Shown piece after piece: positions 8,282 to 15,870 of a stretch of DNA of 32,000 bases; position 1 is the first letter of the stretch; every line of letters begins with the position of its first letter. Below the pieces are notes generated by a model, which did no database searches, was not told where the DNA came from, and saw nothing but the letters and a program-made list of their open reading frames with translations. The translations under genes were made by a program, and so were the position numbers. The stretch is from Pyrobaculum aerophilum str. IM2 (lineage in GTDB: Archaea > Thermoproteota > Thermoprotei > Thermoproteales > Thermoproteaceae). The stretch covers positions 1,290,001-1,322,000 of the forward strand of contig NC_003364.1 in the NCBI RefSeq assembly GCF_000007225.1. The letters run 5' to 3'.

Positions 8282-8793
8282 TGTCACGGTATAATGTCGG
8301 GTGTTTTTATTCTTTTTCTCGGTTTCTCCATGTGTTTTCCCAACCTCTGGTTTTAACATTCTGCTCCCAGCCGAGGCGTACTGTCCTATTCAGCGCCCTT
8401 GAGGGGATTTTATATCTGCGCTATGCGCCTGCCATAGTTCGCCACGTATTGACAACTCCCTGCCAGATTGAGAACGCGCCGCCCAGCCCGCCTCTCCCTC
8501 ACTCTGCAGAACGTCCCTCCGGCGTGTTTAACAACGGGCCTTTTTTGTAAGTTCAAGCGTAGTGTCAAACGCTGGAAAAGAGCCGCGGAGTGTAGTCGTA
8601 TTTCAACGCTTTGAAAACCCCCTCCACCTAAGAGTGGGTAAAAAGGCGCTTAAAAGTGCCCAGTTGTTTTCAGCGCTATGCCATGCGCATTATACTGCGT
8701 TGTCTCGCAACTTCGCCAATTTTCTCTTGAAGTGACGAAAGCCAGTTAGCGAAGAGGCGACAAGGCGTTACGAAGTGGGGCTTAACGAGGGAA

Positions 8794-8822
8794 TTGACCG
8801 CAGTCTCTCCTTGCGCGGTCAA
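8794..8822 (-). terminator. Hairpin downstream of the small minus-strand ORF (possible terminator or stabiliser)
   Basis: ttgaccgc (8794-8801) and gcggtcaa (8815-8822) form an 8-bp stem with a 13-nt loop. It lies 22-50 nt past the stop at 8844 and is followed on the minus strand by pyrimidine-rich TTCCCTCGTT. Confidence 0.25.
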
Positions 8823-8843
8823 CATAAGCGGCTTGTAATACTA

Positions 8844-8990
8844 TTACCCTTTCTTTGATAAATACTGGGCATAGACGGGGCACCCATTGCCTCCGTTGTT
8901 ACAATACTTTTCGAGATGGGTCCTCCTGGTCCTCCACTCTTCAGGGGGCATTAACACACACCGCATGCCGTCTGCCGTTGGGCGGAACAT
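8844..8990 (-). CDS. Small hypothetical Cys-containing protein (48 aa)
   Basis: This is the inner part of track ORF 8844..9095, starting at ATG 8990: MFRPTADGMRCVLMPPEEWRTRRTHLEKYCNNGGNGCPVYAQYLSKKG. It looks protein-like and ends in a YC-x6-CP-x-Y pattern. It conflicts with the 5' extension of plus ORF 8887..9594, which I consider non-coding. Confidence 0.35.
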   Translation of the reverse strand: MFRPTADGMRCVLMPPEEWRTRRTHLEKYCNNGGNGCPVYAQYLSKKG

Positions 8991-9023
8991 TGGGCACCTC
9001 ACTGAGCGTGCCGTCTTAACATC

Positions 9024-9033
9024 GTATATATAC
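9024..9033. promoter_or_regulatory. Palindromic TATA box (GTATATATAC) shared by two divergent genes
   Basis: A perfect 10-bp palindrome. Its centre is 24 nt upstream of GTG 9052 (plus gene) and about 38 nt upstream of ATG 8990 (minus gene). Confidence 0.5.
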
Positions 9034-9051
9034 TTTTGCCTTTTCAACGTC

Positions 9052-9594
9052 GTGGAGTGCAACGCAGTCGTGGAATATCTGGGAGAGAGAGGCATATATG
9101 CGGAGAGGAAGTGGGTTGAGCTAGTGGTGGCCTCAGTTGGCGCGTTGAGAATAGGATTCTGGTGCCCGCGCGAGGAGTTTCCGACATTTGACGATATTGA
9201 TGATTTGAAAAAATCTCTTTACATAGACTCACTAGACGTGCTGGTGGTCGTGTCTTACAGGCCCTATGTGTTAGTGGACTATCTCAGCTCGCTTTTGGAG
9301 CGGGCCCACAGGTGGTACGGAGTACAGTTCGATGTAAAGCTACTGGGCGTAAGTTCCGTTGATCTCGAGACTGGGTTAGAGGAGGCGCTGGGCAGGGCGA
9401 TGGTTGAAAAGCCGCATAAACTGGGGGGAGGCGTAAAGTCTGAGTACAGATGTCCACAGTGTACAAAAGAATACCTGTACCTCTACAGACAGGAGAGGTA
9501 CTTCTCCAGAAAGTATAGAGGCAGAGTTGTGGAGAGTATATATGGGTGTCCCGCCTGTAGCTTTAGGGCTAGGAGAGTTGAGCTGTTAGACTAG
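9052..9594 (+). CDS. Hypothetical protein with a C-terminal 2xCxxC zinc ribbon
   Basis: Track ORF 8887..9594. I prefer the leaderless GTG 9052 (VECNAVVEYLGERGIY...), which gives 180 aa. The C-terminus has CPQC-x28-CPAC. The N-terminal E..V.EYL..RG pattern is faintly nuclease-like but not supportable. Confidence 0.55.
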   Translation: MECNAVVEYLGERGIYAERKWVELVVASVGALRIGFWCPREEFPTFDDIDDLKKSLYIDSLDVLVVVSYRPYVLVDYLSSLLERAHRWYGVQFDVKLLGVSSVDLETGLEEALGRAMVEKPHKLGGGVKSEYRCPQCTKEYLYLYRQERYFSRKYRGRVVESIYGCPACSFRARRVELLD

Positions 9595-10476
9595 GGGGCG
9601 GGCGTCAGGAAACAGCGTCTTTACGACTTTCCTCAAAAGGCTTGGCAACTGGCTTTTACTAACCCTTTCTTTAATAATAGTCACGGCGGCCTCTCTGTGG
9701 CCTCCCCCAGCCCCCAGCGATGCGGCTAACATTGCCACGTTTAAATCCCGCGATCTAAACACCAAGTGTACCCCGTCTTTTTTTAGCGAGGCCACTATCG
9801 CCACTCTACACCCCACTGATTGGAGTAAATTAGCCAGATCTGCCTCATGCACGCCTACAAATGATGTACATATTATGCCGACAGACGATTTGTACACCTC
9901 TAGCCTCTTCATGCCCTTTAACAAAGCCATCGTCACATGGATTTCTCTTCCTCTCTCCTCTGGACCTACGACGTCGCCTAAAGCACTCCCTATTTTGTTT
10001 AACAGAACGGCTAGTCGCTTAAAAGTCTCCCCGTCGGCTCTTCTCAGCCTCCCAGTGTCTGTATATATTCCCAGTACGGCCAATTTAGCAACGTCAGGCG
10101 GGATATCAATTCCAGCTTCTTCCGCCAGCATTAACGCCACCTCGGTACAGCTCGGCCTGTTTACAACTATGCCAGGAATTTCGTCGCCAATTACGTGGTG
10201 ATCTATCTTCACACACCTCCCGCAAACAGGAGGTATTTGGCTAACCGAAGCCACATCTGCTAAGACGTATAAATCGACGTCTTTAGGGACCTCTTCGACA
10301 CATCCGCCGAGAGGAGACCCCTCAGGACATACCACTGCAGCCACGTTCACCCCCAGTCTTTTTATCACCAGCTCTAATATTTTAGCGCATGCCAACGCGT
10401 CTGCATCTGCCCTACGGTGTGTTATTACAGCTACTCGCGCAACTCCCCTCAAAAGGCCTTTTAACTCCTCCAACAT
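9586..10476 (-). CDS. DHH-family phosphoesterase (NrnA/RecJ-like, small archaeal form)
   Basis: 296 aa. Motifs: ITHRRADADALA (DxD), LADVAS, KIDHHVIGD (DHH), and C-terminal GGGHREAA (GGGH). Confidence 0.8.
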   Translation of the reverse strand: MLEELKGLLRGVARVAVITHRRADADALACAKILELVIKRLGVNVAAVVCPEGSPLGGCVEEVPKDVDLYVLADVASVSQIPPVCGRCVKIDHHVIGDEIPGIVVNRPSCTEVALMLAEEAGIDIPPDVAKLAVLGIYTDTGRLRRADGETFKRLAVLLNKIGSALGDVVGPEERGREIHVTMALLKGMKRLEVYKSSVGIICTSFVGVHEADLANLLQSVGCRVAIVASLKKDGVHLVFRSRDLNVAMLAASLGAGGGHREAAVTIIKERVSKSQLPSLLRKVVKTLFPDARPLV

Positions 10477-10736
10477 TTTCCAATATCATTGGGATTAATT
10501 GGCCATCCCTTCTCTCTGATTATATCAGCCAAACATATGCCTAGATCCGCCGCATCGTCGACTACTTTTTGCAAATAAGCATCGTCTACTAACACGCTTG
10601 CGTCTACCTCCACGTCGATGTCTACGCCGTCGCTCCTATAAGAGACAAAAACCGTGAAGTGCTTTGCCGCGCCCCCTAGCTTTTTCTCTAGGAATTTGAC
10701 AATCTGGGCAGAAATAAATTCGTTAATTTCATCCAT
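10461..10736 (-). CDS. Small conserved archaeal protein of the exosome superoperon (DUF3194-like)
   Basis: 91 aa and acidic. It sits directly downstream of prefoldin beta, with a 16-nt overlap onto the DHH gene. The family name is recalled from gene context, not verified. Confidence 0.45.
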   Translation of the reverse strand: MDEINEFISAQIVKFLEKKLGGAAKHFTVFVSYRSDGVDIDVEVDASVLVDDAYLQKVVDDAADLGICLADIIREKGWPINPNDIGKCWRS

Positions 10737-10740
10737 TACG

Positions 10741-11127
10741 CTATCCTCCTCCTTTTGCCGCCTCGGTAGCCCCGCCCTTGAGCTTAGCCAGCTCTTTGTT
10801 TATTTCCTCGCGAAGTTTGTCGAGTTGTTCTCTCAACATGGATTCTTGTCGCGTAAGAGTCTTGACGTGCAATTCCAATAATTCCTTCCTATCTCTGAGC
10901 TCTTGCAATGCTACATCGCGGCTCTGGGGCACGAGGAAGTTGCCCACGTTTTTAAAAATCTTGGCGTCTTGTGGCAGTCTTTCGATTTCAGAAATAGCCT
11001 TCTCCACTTCTTTCAACTCGGCCTCGTACTGCTGTTTTCTAAGCAACACGTTTTGTAACTGGGCTTGGGCCTGGTTAAACCTATTTACCAAGTCCTGCAG
11101 TGATGGCGGGATTTGCGCCATTGGCAA
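10741..11127 (-). CDS. pfdB: Prefoldin beta subunit
   Basis: 128 aa. Coiled coil, beta hairpin, coiled coil layout: QAQLQNVLLRKQQYEAELKEVEKAISEIERL...IFKNVGNFLV...ELLELHVKTLTRQESMLREQLDKLREEI. Confidence 0.9.
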   Translation of the reverse strand: MPMAQIPPSLQDLVNRFNQAQAQLQNVLLRKQQYEAELKEVEKAISEIERLPQDAKIFKNVGNFLVPQSRDVALQELRDRKELLELHVKTLTRQESMLREQLDKLREEINKELAKLKGGATEAAKGGG

Positions 11128-11154
11128 CCCGTACCTCCTATTTTAAATAGTTTT

Positions 11155-11364
11155 CTACATCTCCTCCAAGTGTTGTACCACGTATAGTGTTCGCATTACA
11201 GTATGCGAAAGTGACCGCAAGCTTGAGGCGTCTGTAGCCTCGGCGACGATGGTTTCCCCCTCTACGTAAAGGCGACCACGCGGGAATCGCACCTCCCTCT
11301 CCAGTATCTTAAAAACTCTCAGCGCAAGGTCGTCGTCCCCAACATCTATAATAAGTCTATACAT
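11155..11364 (-). CDS. pcc1: KEOPS subunit Pcc1-like
   Basis: 69 aa. Canonical superoperon slot between Brix and prefoldin beta. Pattern LIIDVGDDDLALRVFKILE...IVAEATDASSLRSLSHTVMRTLYVV resembles the Pcc1 A.D..aLR block. Confidence 0.7.
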   Translation of the reverse strand: MYRLIIDVGDDDLALRVFKILEREVRFPRGRLYVEGETIVAEATDASSLRSLSHTVMRTLYVVQHLEEM

Positions 11365-11902
11365 GTCTATATACTACTTTTTTAATTCTTATACTCGACG
11401 CCCTAGGCCCCAAGTCGCTACCGAGAAGCTCTACTAGGTAGCCGTCGGTGCGTCTTATTAAAACTACAGTGTCGAAAAGCCCCCTCACGGCGTCTAGGCT
11501 GTATAATATGGGGTATCCGAAAATCTCTGTAAATATGTCCCCAACCTCGCCCTCAGATAAATCTACAATTACGGCGCTTTTAGCAGGCGGTCTTCGGGAT
11601 ATGAAAACTGGGAATTCCCTCCTCGTCTTTATCCCTGAGATTTTTAGCATGTAAGGCTTCCACTCTCTGTTAATTACGTCGTAAAACAACAGGGCAAAGG
11701 GCATACCCCGCCTTTCCCAGATAAAGGCGATGTAGCGCGCCCCGCAAGCTACTGCCTCTTCTAAAAGCGTAATGAAAGATTTCTTCCCCCTTACAATTTT
11801 GCTTGTGCCGGGGAGTGAGTTTACGAGGTCGTTGACAAGTTCGAGGGTTTTCTTAGAGGGTTCTCGTGAGGTGGTTATTATTACTTTACAGCCTCCTTCC
11901 AT
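11357..11902 (-). CDS. Brix-domain ribosome biogenesis protein (Imp4-like)
   Basis: 181 aa. N-terminus KVIITTSREPSKKTLELVNDLVNSLPGTSKIVRGKKS. Overlaps both neighbouring genes, which indicates an operon. Confidence 0.85.
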   Translation of the reverse strand: MEGGCKVIITTSREPSKKTLELVNDLVNSLPGTSKIVRGKKSFITLLEEAVACGARYIAFIWERRGMPFALLFYDVINREWKPYMLKISGIKTRREFPVFISRRPPAKSAVIVDLSEGEVGDIFTEIFGYPILYSLDAVRGLFDTVVLIRRTDGYLVELLGSDLGPRASSIRIKKVVYRHV

Positions 11903-12198
11903 TTAGCTTTTTGCGCCTCAACTTCCTTTAACTCCTCTGGGGCGAGGGCCTTGCCCATAATTGTCTGCGGCGTCCACGCCCCGCCCGCGAAGGTAAAGCC
12001 GCATTTTGGACACCTCCAAATGCCGAAGGCTATTCTTTCAAGCCTTACAAGCGATCTACAGCTAGGGCACCTGTGCTTGCCTCTCTGTTTTACCTCAATA
12101 GCTGTGACTTTGCGACGGAGGCCCATTCCATACCTCGCGCCGTATCTTCCAGCGGGACCCACAATTTTAGTGTGACTAAATGGCATATGCGGAGCCAT
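11881..12198 (-). CDS. rpl37ae: 50S ribosomal protein L37Ae
   Basis: 105 aa. GRYGARYGMGLRRK plus the zinc ribbon CPSC...CPKCG. TATA-like aatttataaac (12210-12220) suggests that the leaderless start may be ATG 12186 (MPFSHTKIVG). Confidence 0.9.
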   Translation of the reverse strand: MAPHMPFSHTKIVGPAGRYGARYGMGLRRKVTAIEVKQRGKHRCPSCRSLVRLERIAFGIWRCPKCGFTFAGGAWTPQTIMGKALAPEELKEVEAQKAKWKEAVK

Positions 12199-12480
12199 TA
12201 CCCCCGTTTATAAATTTTGAGCATTTTGCCTAAGCCTACTACATATCGTTGCCGCATGGCGCCAAAGAGGCTAGCCGCCTTAAATTAAATCGCTTAATAA
12301 AGACTGTAATCACGCCTTCTCCGGTTGAAACGGGGTTAGACTTTCGGCAAGGGATGGGGCAGATGCGCTAAGCCGTAGCGGGTTATCACAGGGCCTTTTA
12401 ACCGGCAGCCTCCCACTTGCGCTGGGACATAAGTAGCCGCTCTGTATATATAGCCTGCGGGGAGCAAGATCGTATTGCCG

Positions 12481-12721
12481 TCAAAGTAGTAATATGTGGC
12501 ATTGCCTATTCTCAGAGGCCTCTACAGGCTTCGAAAATCTTAACTCCACGCCGGGTTTAATATACAGCGTGTCGTTTTCATAACGCCACTCAAAACGCGC
12601 AGGGATTACGCCCTGGTTAAGAAGCCAATTTTAGAACTTTAATATACGCGTTGCAGTCTCCGGTTGGCAGGTATTTCCCTCTCCACGTTATGGTATCGTA
12701 TTTCATCACGCCGTCTTCCAT
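12481..12721 (-). pseudogene. Small ORF split by a frameshift at an A4 run (candidate 79-aa protein)
   Basis: Minus strand: ATG 12721 to TAA 12617 gives MEDGVMKYDTITWRGKYLPTGDCNAYIKVLKLAS*. The +1 frame continues protein-like (NWLLNQGVIPARFEWRYENDTLYIKPGVELRFSKPVEASENRQCHILLL*, to 12481). Deleting one A from the run at 12629-12632 fuses the two pieces. An AT-rich promoter-like block lies at 12745-12764. Confidence 0.3.
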
Positions 12722-12799
12722 AATTACTAAGAGGGCGGTGCCATTCTTAATACATATTTTTATTCTTTCCTCAACAGAAGTAAGTCGCCGCCTTCGGCC

Positions 12800-13624
12800 C
12801 TATTTGAGGGCGCTTTTTAACGCCTCGAGTAATCTGTCCCGTCCCCTCAGCGCCAAATTGAGTGCGGCTTCTATTTCCGACTGAGTGAAGTAGCCCAGCG
12901 TCTTCTGCGCCGCGACGATTTTATCCTCTGAGAATGTGAAGGTAATTCTGCCGTCTAAGCTGAGCTCCTCCTCAAACGTGGGGTCTAGAAAGAGGACGTT
13001 GCCTATCTTCCCCACCGACACGGCGATTGGCGCTTTGCTTATATCCACCGGCAGAGGCGCCTTATTGTTACGATCTAGTTTCACAACGCCGGCCTCGTCT
13101 TTAACCACCACTGGCAGTTGTGTATTTTTAAGGGCGGCGACAGAGGCCAAGTTCGCAACATCTATTAAATTGCCGTCGTCATTAATTACGTAGAGATCAA
13201 TCCAAAGGACGTAAGCCTTCCCCCCCTCTACTGCCAGTTTTTTAAAGTCAACGTAGCCGCAGTGCCTAATGCCGCGGTCTACAACTCTTGCCAGCTCTAT
13301 GGCAAATTCGTCGGGAGGGCCCACCTCTGTATACGGCGAGGCGTGGGGCAAAACCTCGGCGTTGACCACCAAGACGCCCTCGTCAGGCGCGTCTGGGAAG
13401 GGCTGTCCCAGCCCCACCTTAACCCCCGCGACTACATGCGTCTTGCCCAGCTTCACCTCGGCTGAGCCGTCCGCCGTTTTGACAACGCCCACGTTTATCT
13501 CCACGTTTCTAGTCTGCTCTGGCCCTCTGCCGTCGACTCTGTACTTCGTGGCTAACAACCTCCTTATCTGCTCCCGGCGGAGGTAAGAAATAAACCGCTT
13601 GCCGTAGGGCGAAATCGAGGCCAT
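12800..13624 (-). CDS. rrp42: Exosome complex subunit Rrp42 (RNase PH-like, non-catalytic)
   Basis: 274 aa. RNase PH domain: YRVDGRGPEQTRNVEINVGVVKTADGSAEVKLGKTHVVAGV. Sits 1 nt downstream of rrp41. Confidence 0.9.
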   Translation of the reverse strand: MASISPYGKRFISYLRREQIRRLLATKYRVDGRGPEQTRNVEINVGVVKTADGSAEVKLGKTHVVAGVKVGLGQPFPDAPDEGVLVVNAEVLPHASPYTEVGPPDEFAIELARVVDRGIRHCGYVDFKKLAVEGGKAYVLWIDLYVINDDGNLIDVANLASVAALKNTQLPVVVKDEAGVVKLDRNNKAPLPVDISKAPIAVSVGKIGNVLFLDPTFEEELSLDGRITFTFSEDKIVAAQKTLGYFTQSEIEAALNLALRGRDRLLEALKSALK

Positions 13625-13625
13625 G

Positions 13626-14366
13626 TTACCTCCCGTATATCTCCTCAGCTATTGACATATATTTGTTTTTCAACGCATCTCTGGCGATTTGATAGACGTA
13701 CTCAGCCCCTCTTACTGCGAGGTTAAGCGCCTGTAAAAACATGTCCCTAGTCCACGCCCCGTCTAACTGCAATAGAGTAAAGCGCTTGAGATTCGGCATA
13801 TATCCAAGGGGGAGGTCCCCTTCGCCGTATTGATCCTCTAGCCCGTTGAGGTCTAACACGACGGTTCCATCAACAAGGCCCACGGACACGCCAACTACCA
13901 AGTCCCTCATGTAAATGCCGGCATCTGCCAGCGCGAGGGAGGCTGCAGTGAGGGAGGCCACTCTAGTCGACCCGTCCGCCTGTAGTATCTCCACAAACAC
14001 ATCAATTCTAGACCTCGGGTACTGCTCCAACACTATTGCCGGCTCAAGGGCCTCTCGGAGAATTTTGCTTATTTCAATTTCCCGCCTGCTGGGAGTTGGG
14101 CTTTTCCTCTCGTCCTTAGTGCTGAAGGGCGCCATGTGGTATCTGACGCGCATTACGCCGCGATCTGGCAGAGAGAGGTGGCGGGGGTGCATCTCCCTGG
14201 GTCCATATACCGCAGCCACGGCGGTAGTAGCGCCGTAGGACACCATCGCCGAGCCGTCGGCGTTGCTCACAACGCCTACTGCGATCTTGACCTCTCTCAT
14301 CTGATCTGGAGTACGGCCATCGGCTCTGACTCCGTTTTGGAGTAATGGCACAGGCGGCCTTTTCAT
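13626..14366 (-). CDS. rrp41: Exosome complex exonuclease Rrp41 (RNase PH-like, catalytic)
   Basis: 246 aa. Motifs: RADGRTPDQMREVKI, SPTPSRREIEISK, QADGSTRVASLTAASLALADAG, MRDLVVGVS. Confidence 0.95.
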   Translation of the reverse strand: MKRPPVPLLQNGVRADGRTPDQMREVKIAVGVVSNADGSAMVSYGATTAVAAVYGPREMHPRHLSLPDRGVMRVRYHMAPFSTKDERKSPTPSRREIEISKILREALEPAIVLEQYPRSRIDVFVEILQADGSTRVASLTAASLALADAGIYMRDLVVGVSVGLVDGTVVLDLNGLEDQYGEGDLPLGYMPNLKRFTLLQLDGAWTRDMFLQALNLAVRGAEYVYQIARDALKNKYMSIAEEIYGR

Positions 14367-15070
14367 ACGGTGCCTTGTTGCTTCGACGTTTTATAGTTTT
14401 CTATTTCCGCTCTTATCCTGTCAGTCAACCCCATCACGTGGCTTTCAGCCTCGATTTTCCTTATTAAGCTGGCTAAGAATACCTCGTCTCTGGGATCTTT
14501 ACACTTGACCCATATTCTCCCATTTTGCCCCACGACTATGTCGCACCCCAGCTCCATTAGCGTGTTTAACATACTACCTCTCTTCCCAATCACTCTGGGG
14601 ACTTTTACAGGGGTTATCTCGACGACAGTGCCGCTTTCTACTTTACCCACTTTCTCGTCTTTTAACGTGAGAATTATTGGGTACTCGTCTGTTAAGTCTA
14701 CGTCTTTCACCTTTGCCACTACTACATCCCCAATATTGAGAAAAGTGGTTAACGGCGTGGTTTCCAAATCCACGTGTCTGTGGAGGGCCTCGCCTACGGG
14801 GAGATATGCCGGCATAAATGATCTCACGTCGACTTCCCATCCCGTGGCCAATACGTCGGTGACATAACCGATAACTAAGTCGCCTTTTTTCGGCTTGTAA
14901 GTCCCCTCCAGCGGAACTACCACCACCACGTCTTCTCGGAACTCCACGAGGCCCACCACGAGACTTCTATACTTCCCGTTGTCGAGATAGACGGGTCCCT
15001 CCACTTTGCTGTCAGCAGTCGCTATTACATCCCCTGGGAATACTAACTGACGTGGCGTGACGTAATACAT
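14363..15070 (-). CDS. rrp4: Exosome RNA-binding subunit Rrp4 (N-terminal, S1 and KH domains)
   Basis: 235 aa. S1-like GDLVIGYVTDVLATGWEVDV and KH-like VPRVIGKRGSMLNTLMELGCDIVVGQNGRIWV. 4-nt overlap with rrp41. Confidence 0.9.
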   Translation of the reverse strand: MYYVTPRQLVFPGDVIATADSKVEGPVYLDNGKYRSLVVGLVEFREDVVVVVPLEGTYKPKKGDLVIGYVTDVLATGWEVDVRSFMPAYLPVGEALHRHVDLETTPLTTFLNIGDVVVAKVKDVDLTDEYPIILTLKDEKVGKVESGTVVEITPVKVPRVIGKRGSMLNTLMELGCDIVVGQNGRIWVKCKDPRDEVFLASLIRKIEAESHVMGLTDRIRAEIENYKTSKQQGTV

Positions 15071-15768
15071 TAGTACACTATCTCGAGAATTCTTATATCC
15101 GCGTCACCGTGAGTGACGTCGTTTACCCTTGCTATTAATACGTCTTGTAGCCCCGCGGGCAGTTCCAGCAAGGCCTCCCACGAGCCGTCCGACTTATACC
15201 TCTCGTTTACGATTTTGGCCATTTTTGCCACTAGCCCCTTTACCCTCTGGGCATATGTGGAGGAGACCGCCAGGGCCACCCGCGCTGTGGCCACTTTTAT
15301 TGGAATTATCCTCTGTATCTCCTTTAGAACCTCCTGTACCTGTTCCTCCACCGATTTAAACGGATCTATTGATACGCGGGCTTGTTCCAGCGCGTTTTCA
15401 ACTCTCTGCGGGGGTACTGGCGTCTTTGTCCTGACGTCAATACAGTTCCTTGATATCCATTCAACTATCTGTCTCTTCTTGTCCTCTATGAGCTTCCTCC
15501 TCTGCTCGGCCGTTAGCGGTATTTCGCCCTCTTTTATAATAATCTCGGCGATTTTCCTCACATCTGTCGTGCCAAAAACCTTTTTCAACGCCTGTTCTGA
15601 GGCGCGGAGCCCCTTTTTGGCATCTTTATAGATCTCCTCGTGGACTAACACCTTATCTATGCCGAGCGGCTTGCCCATCTTCAACTCCAAGGCGGCGTCT
15701 GGATCAATGAGGATCTCGAAGTGCTCCCCGCCTTTATCAAGCTTAGCTACGGCCACCTTTTTAGTCAT
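15070..15768 (-). CDS. SBDS-family ribosome maturation protein (Sdo1)
   Basis: 232 aa. N-terminal FYSH-like region VAVAKLDKGGEHFEILIDPDAALELKMGK...ASEQALKKVFGTTDVRKIAEIIIKEGEIPLTAEQRR. Confidence 0.9.
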   Translation of the reverse strand: MTKKVAVAKLDKGGEHFEILIDPDAALELKMGKPLGIDKVLVHEEIYKDAKKGLRASEQALKKVFGTTDVRKIAEIIIKEGEIPLTAEQRRKLIEDKKRQIVEWISRNCIDVRTKTPVPPQRVENALEQARVSIDPFKSVEEQVQEVLKEIQRIIPIKVATARVALAVSSTYAQRVKGLVAKMAKIVNERYKSDGSWEALLELPAGLQDVLIARVNDVTHGDADIRILEIVY

Positions 15769-15807
15769 CGCATAGCTTCTCTAGACGTGTTTATAATCTT
15801 TAGGTGC

Positions 15808-15833
15808 CCAAAAGCCCGCCGCGCTGTGCGGCG
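15808..15833 (-). terminator. GC hairpin plus T-tract after the HTH-ThiN gene
   Basis: Minus strand reads CGCCGC-ACAGC-GCGGCG (15833-15817) followed by GGCTTTTGG. It lies 38 nt past the stop at 15871. Confidence 0.3.
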
Positions 15834-15870
15834 TTGAGATCCGTCGCCGAAAAGGTGGGGCAACGGGTCC

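Noticed and set aside
8179-8550. 123-aa plus-strand ORF from the track.
   Set aside because: Its first 100 nt are the antisense of a well-formed tRNA-Arg gene. The rest is proline/serine/arginine-rich with no protein-like character. I treat it as a chance open frame in a non-coding region.
12335-12395. RNase P RNA-like motifs on the minus strand: GCCGAAAGTCTAAC resembling CR-I (GGAAAGUCC), and GATAACCCGCTACGGCTTAGC resembling CR-V (ACAGAA...GGCUUA).
   Set aside because: The two motifs are in the wrong 5'-to-3' order for RNase P RNA, since the CR-V-like motif precedes the CR-I-like one. The matches are imperfect and I cannot draw P4. The region is kept only as an unexplained structured element. 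A covariance-model search would settle it.
12420-12500. SRP RNA helix-8-like string GCCTGCGGGGAGCAAG.
   Set aside because: It lacks the GNAR tetraloop context and the complementary 5' strand of the SRP54-binding loops. The resemblance is limited to AGCA.
12640-12710. Possible C/D box sRNA on the minus strand, starting at a perfect C box GTGATGA (about 12697-12703).
   Set aside because: No CUGA D box or D' box lies at the expected 12-nt guide spacing; downstream candidates read TAAC, CCAA and CTGC. The motif also falls inside the small frameshifted ORF.
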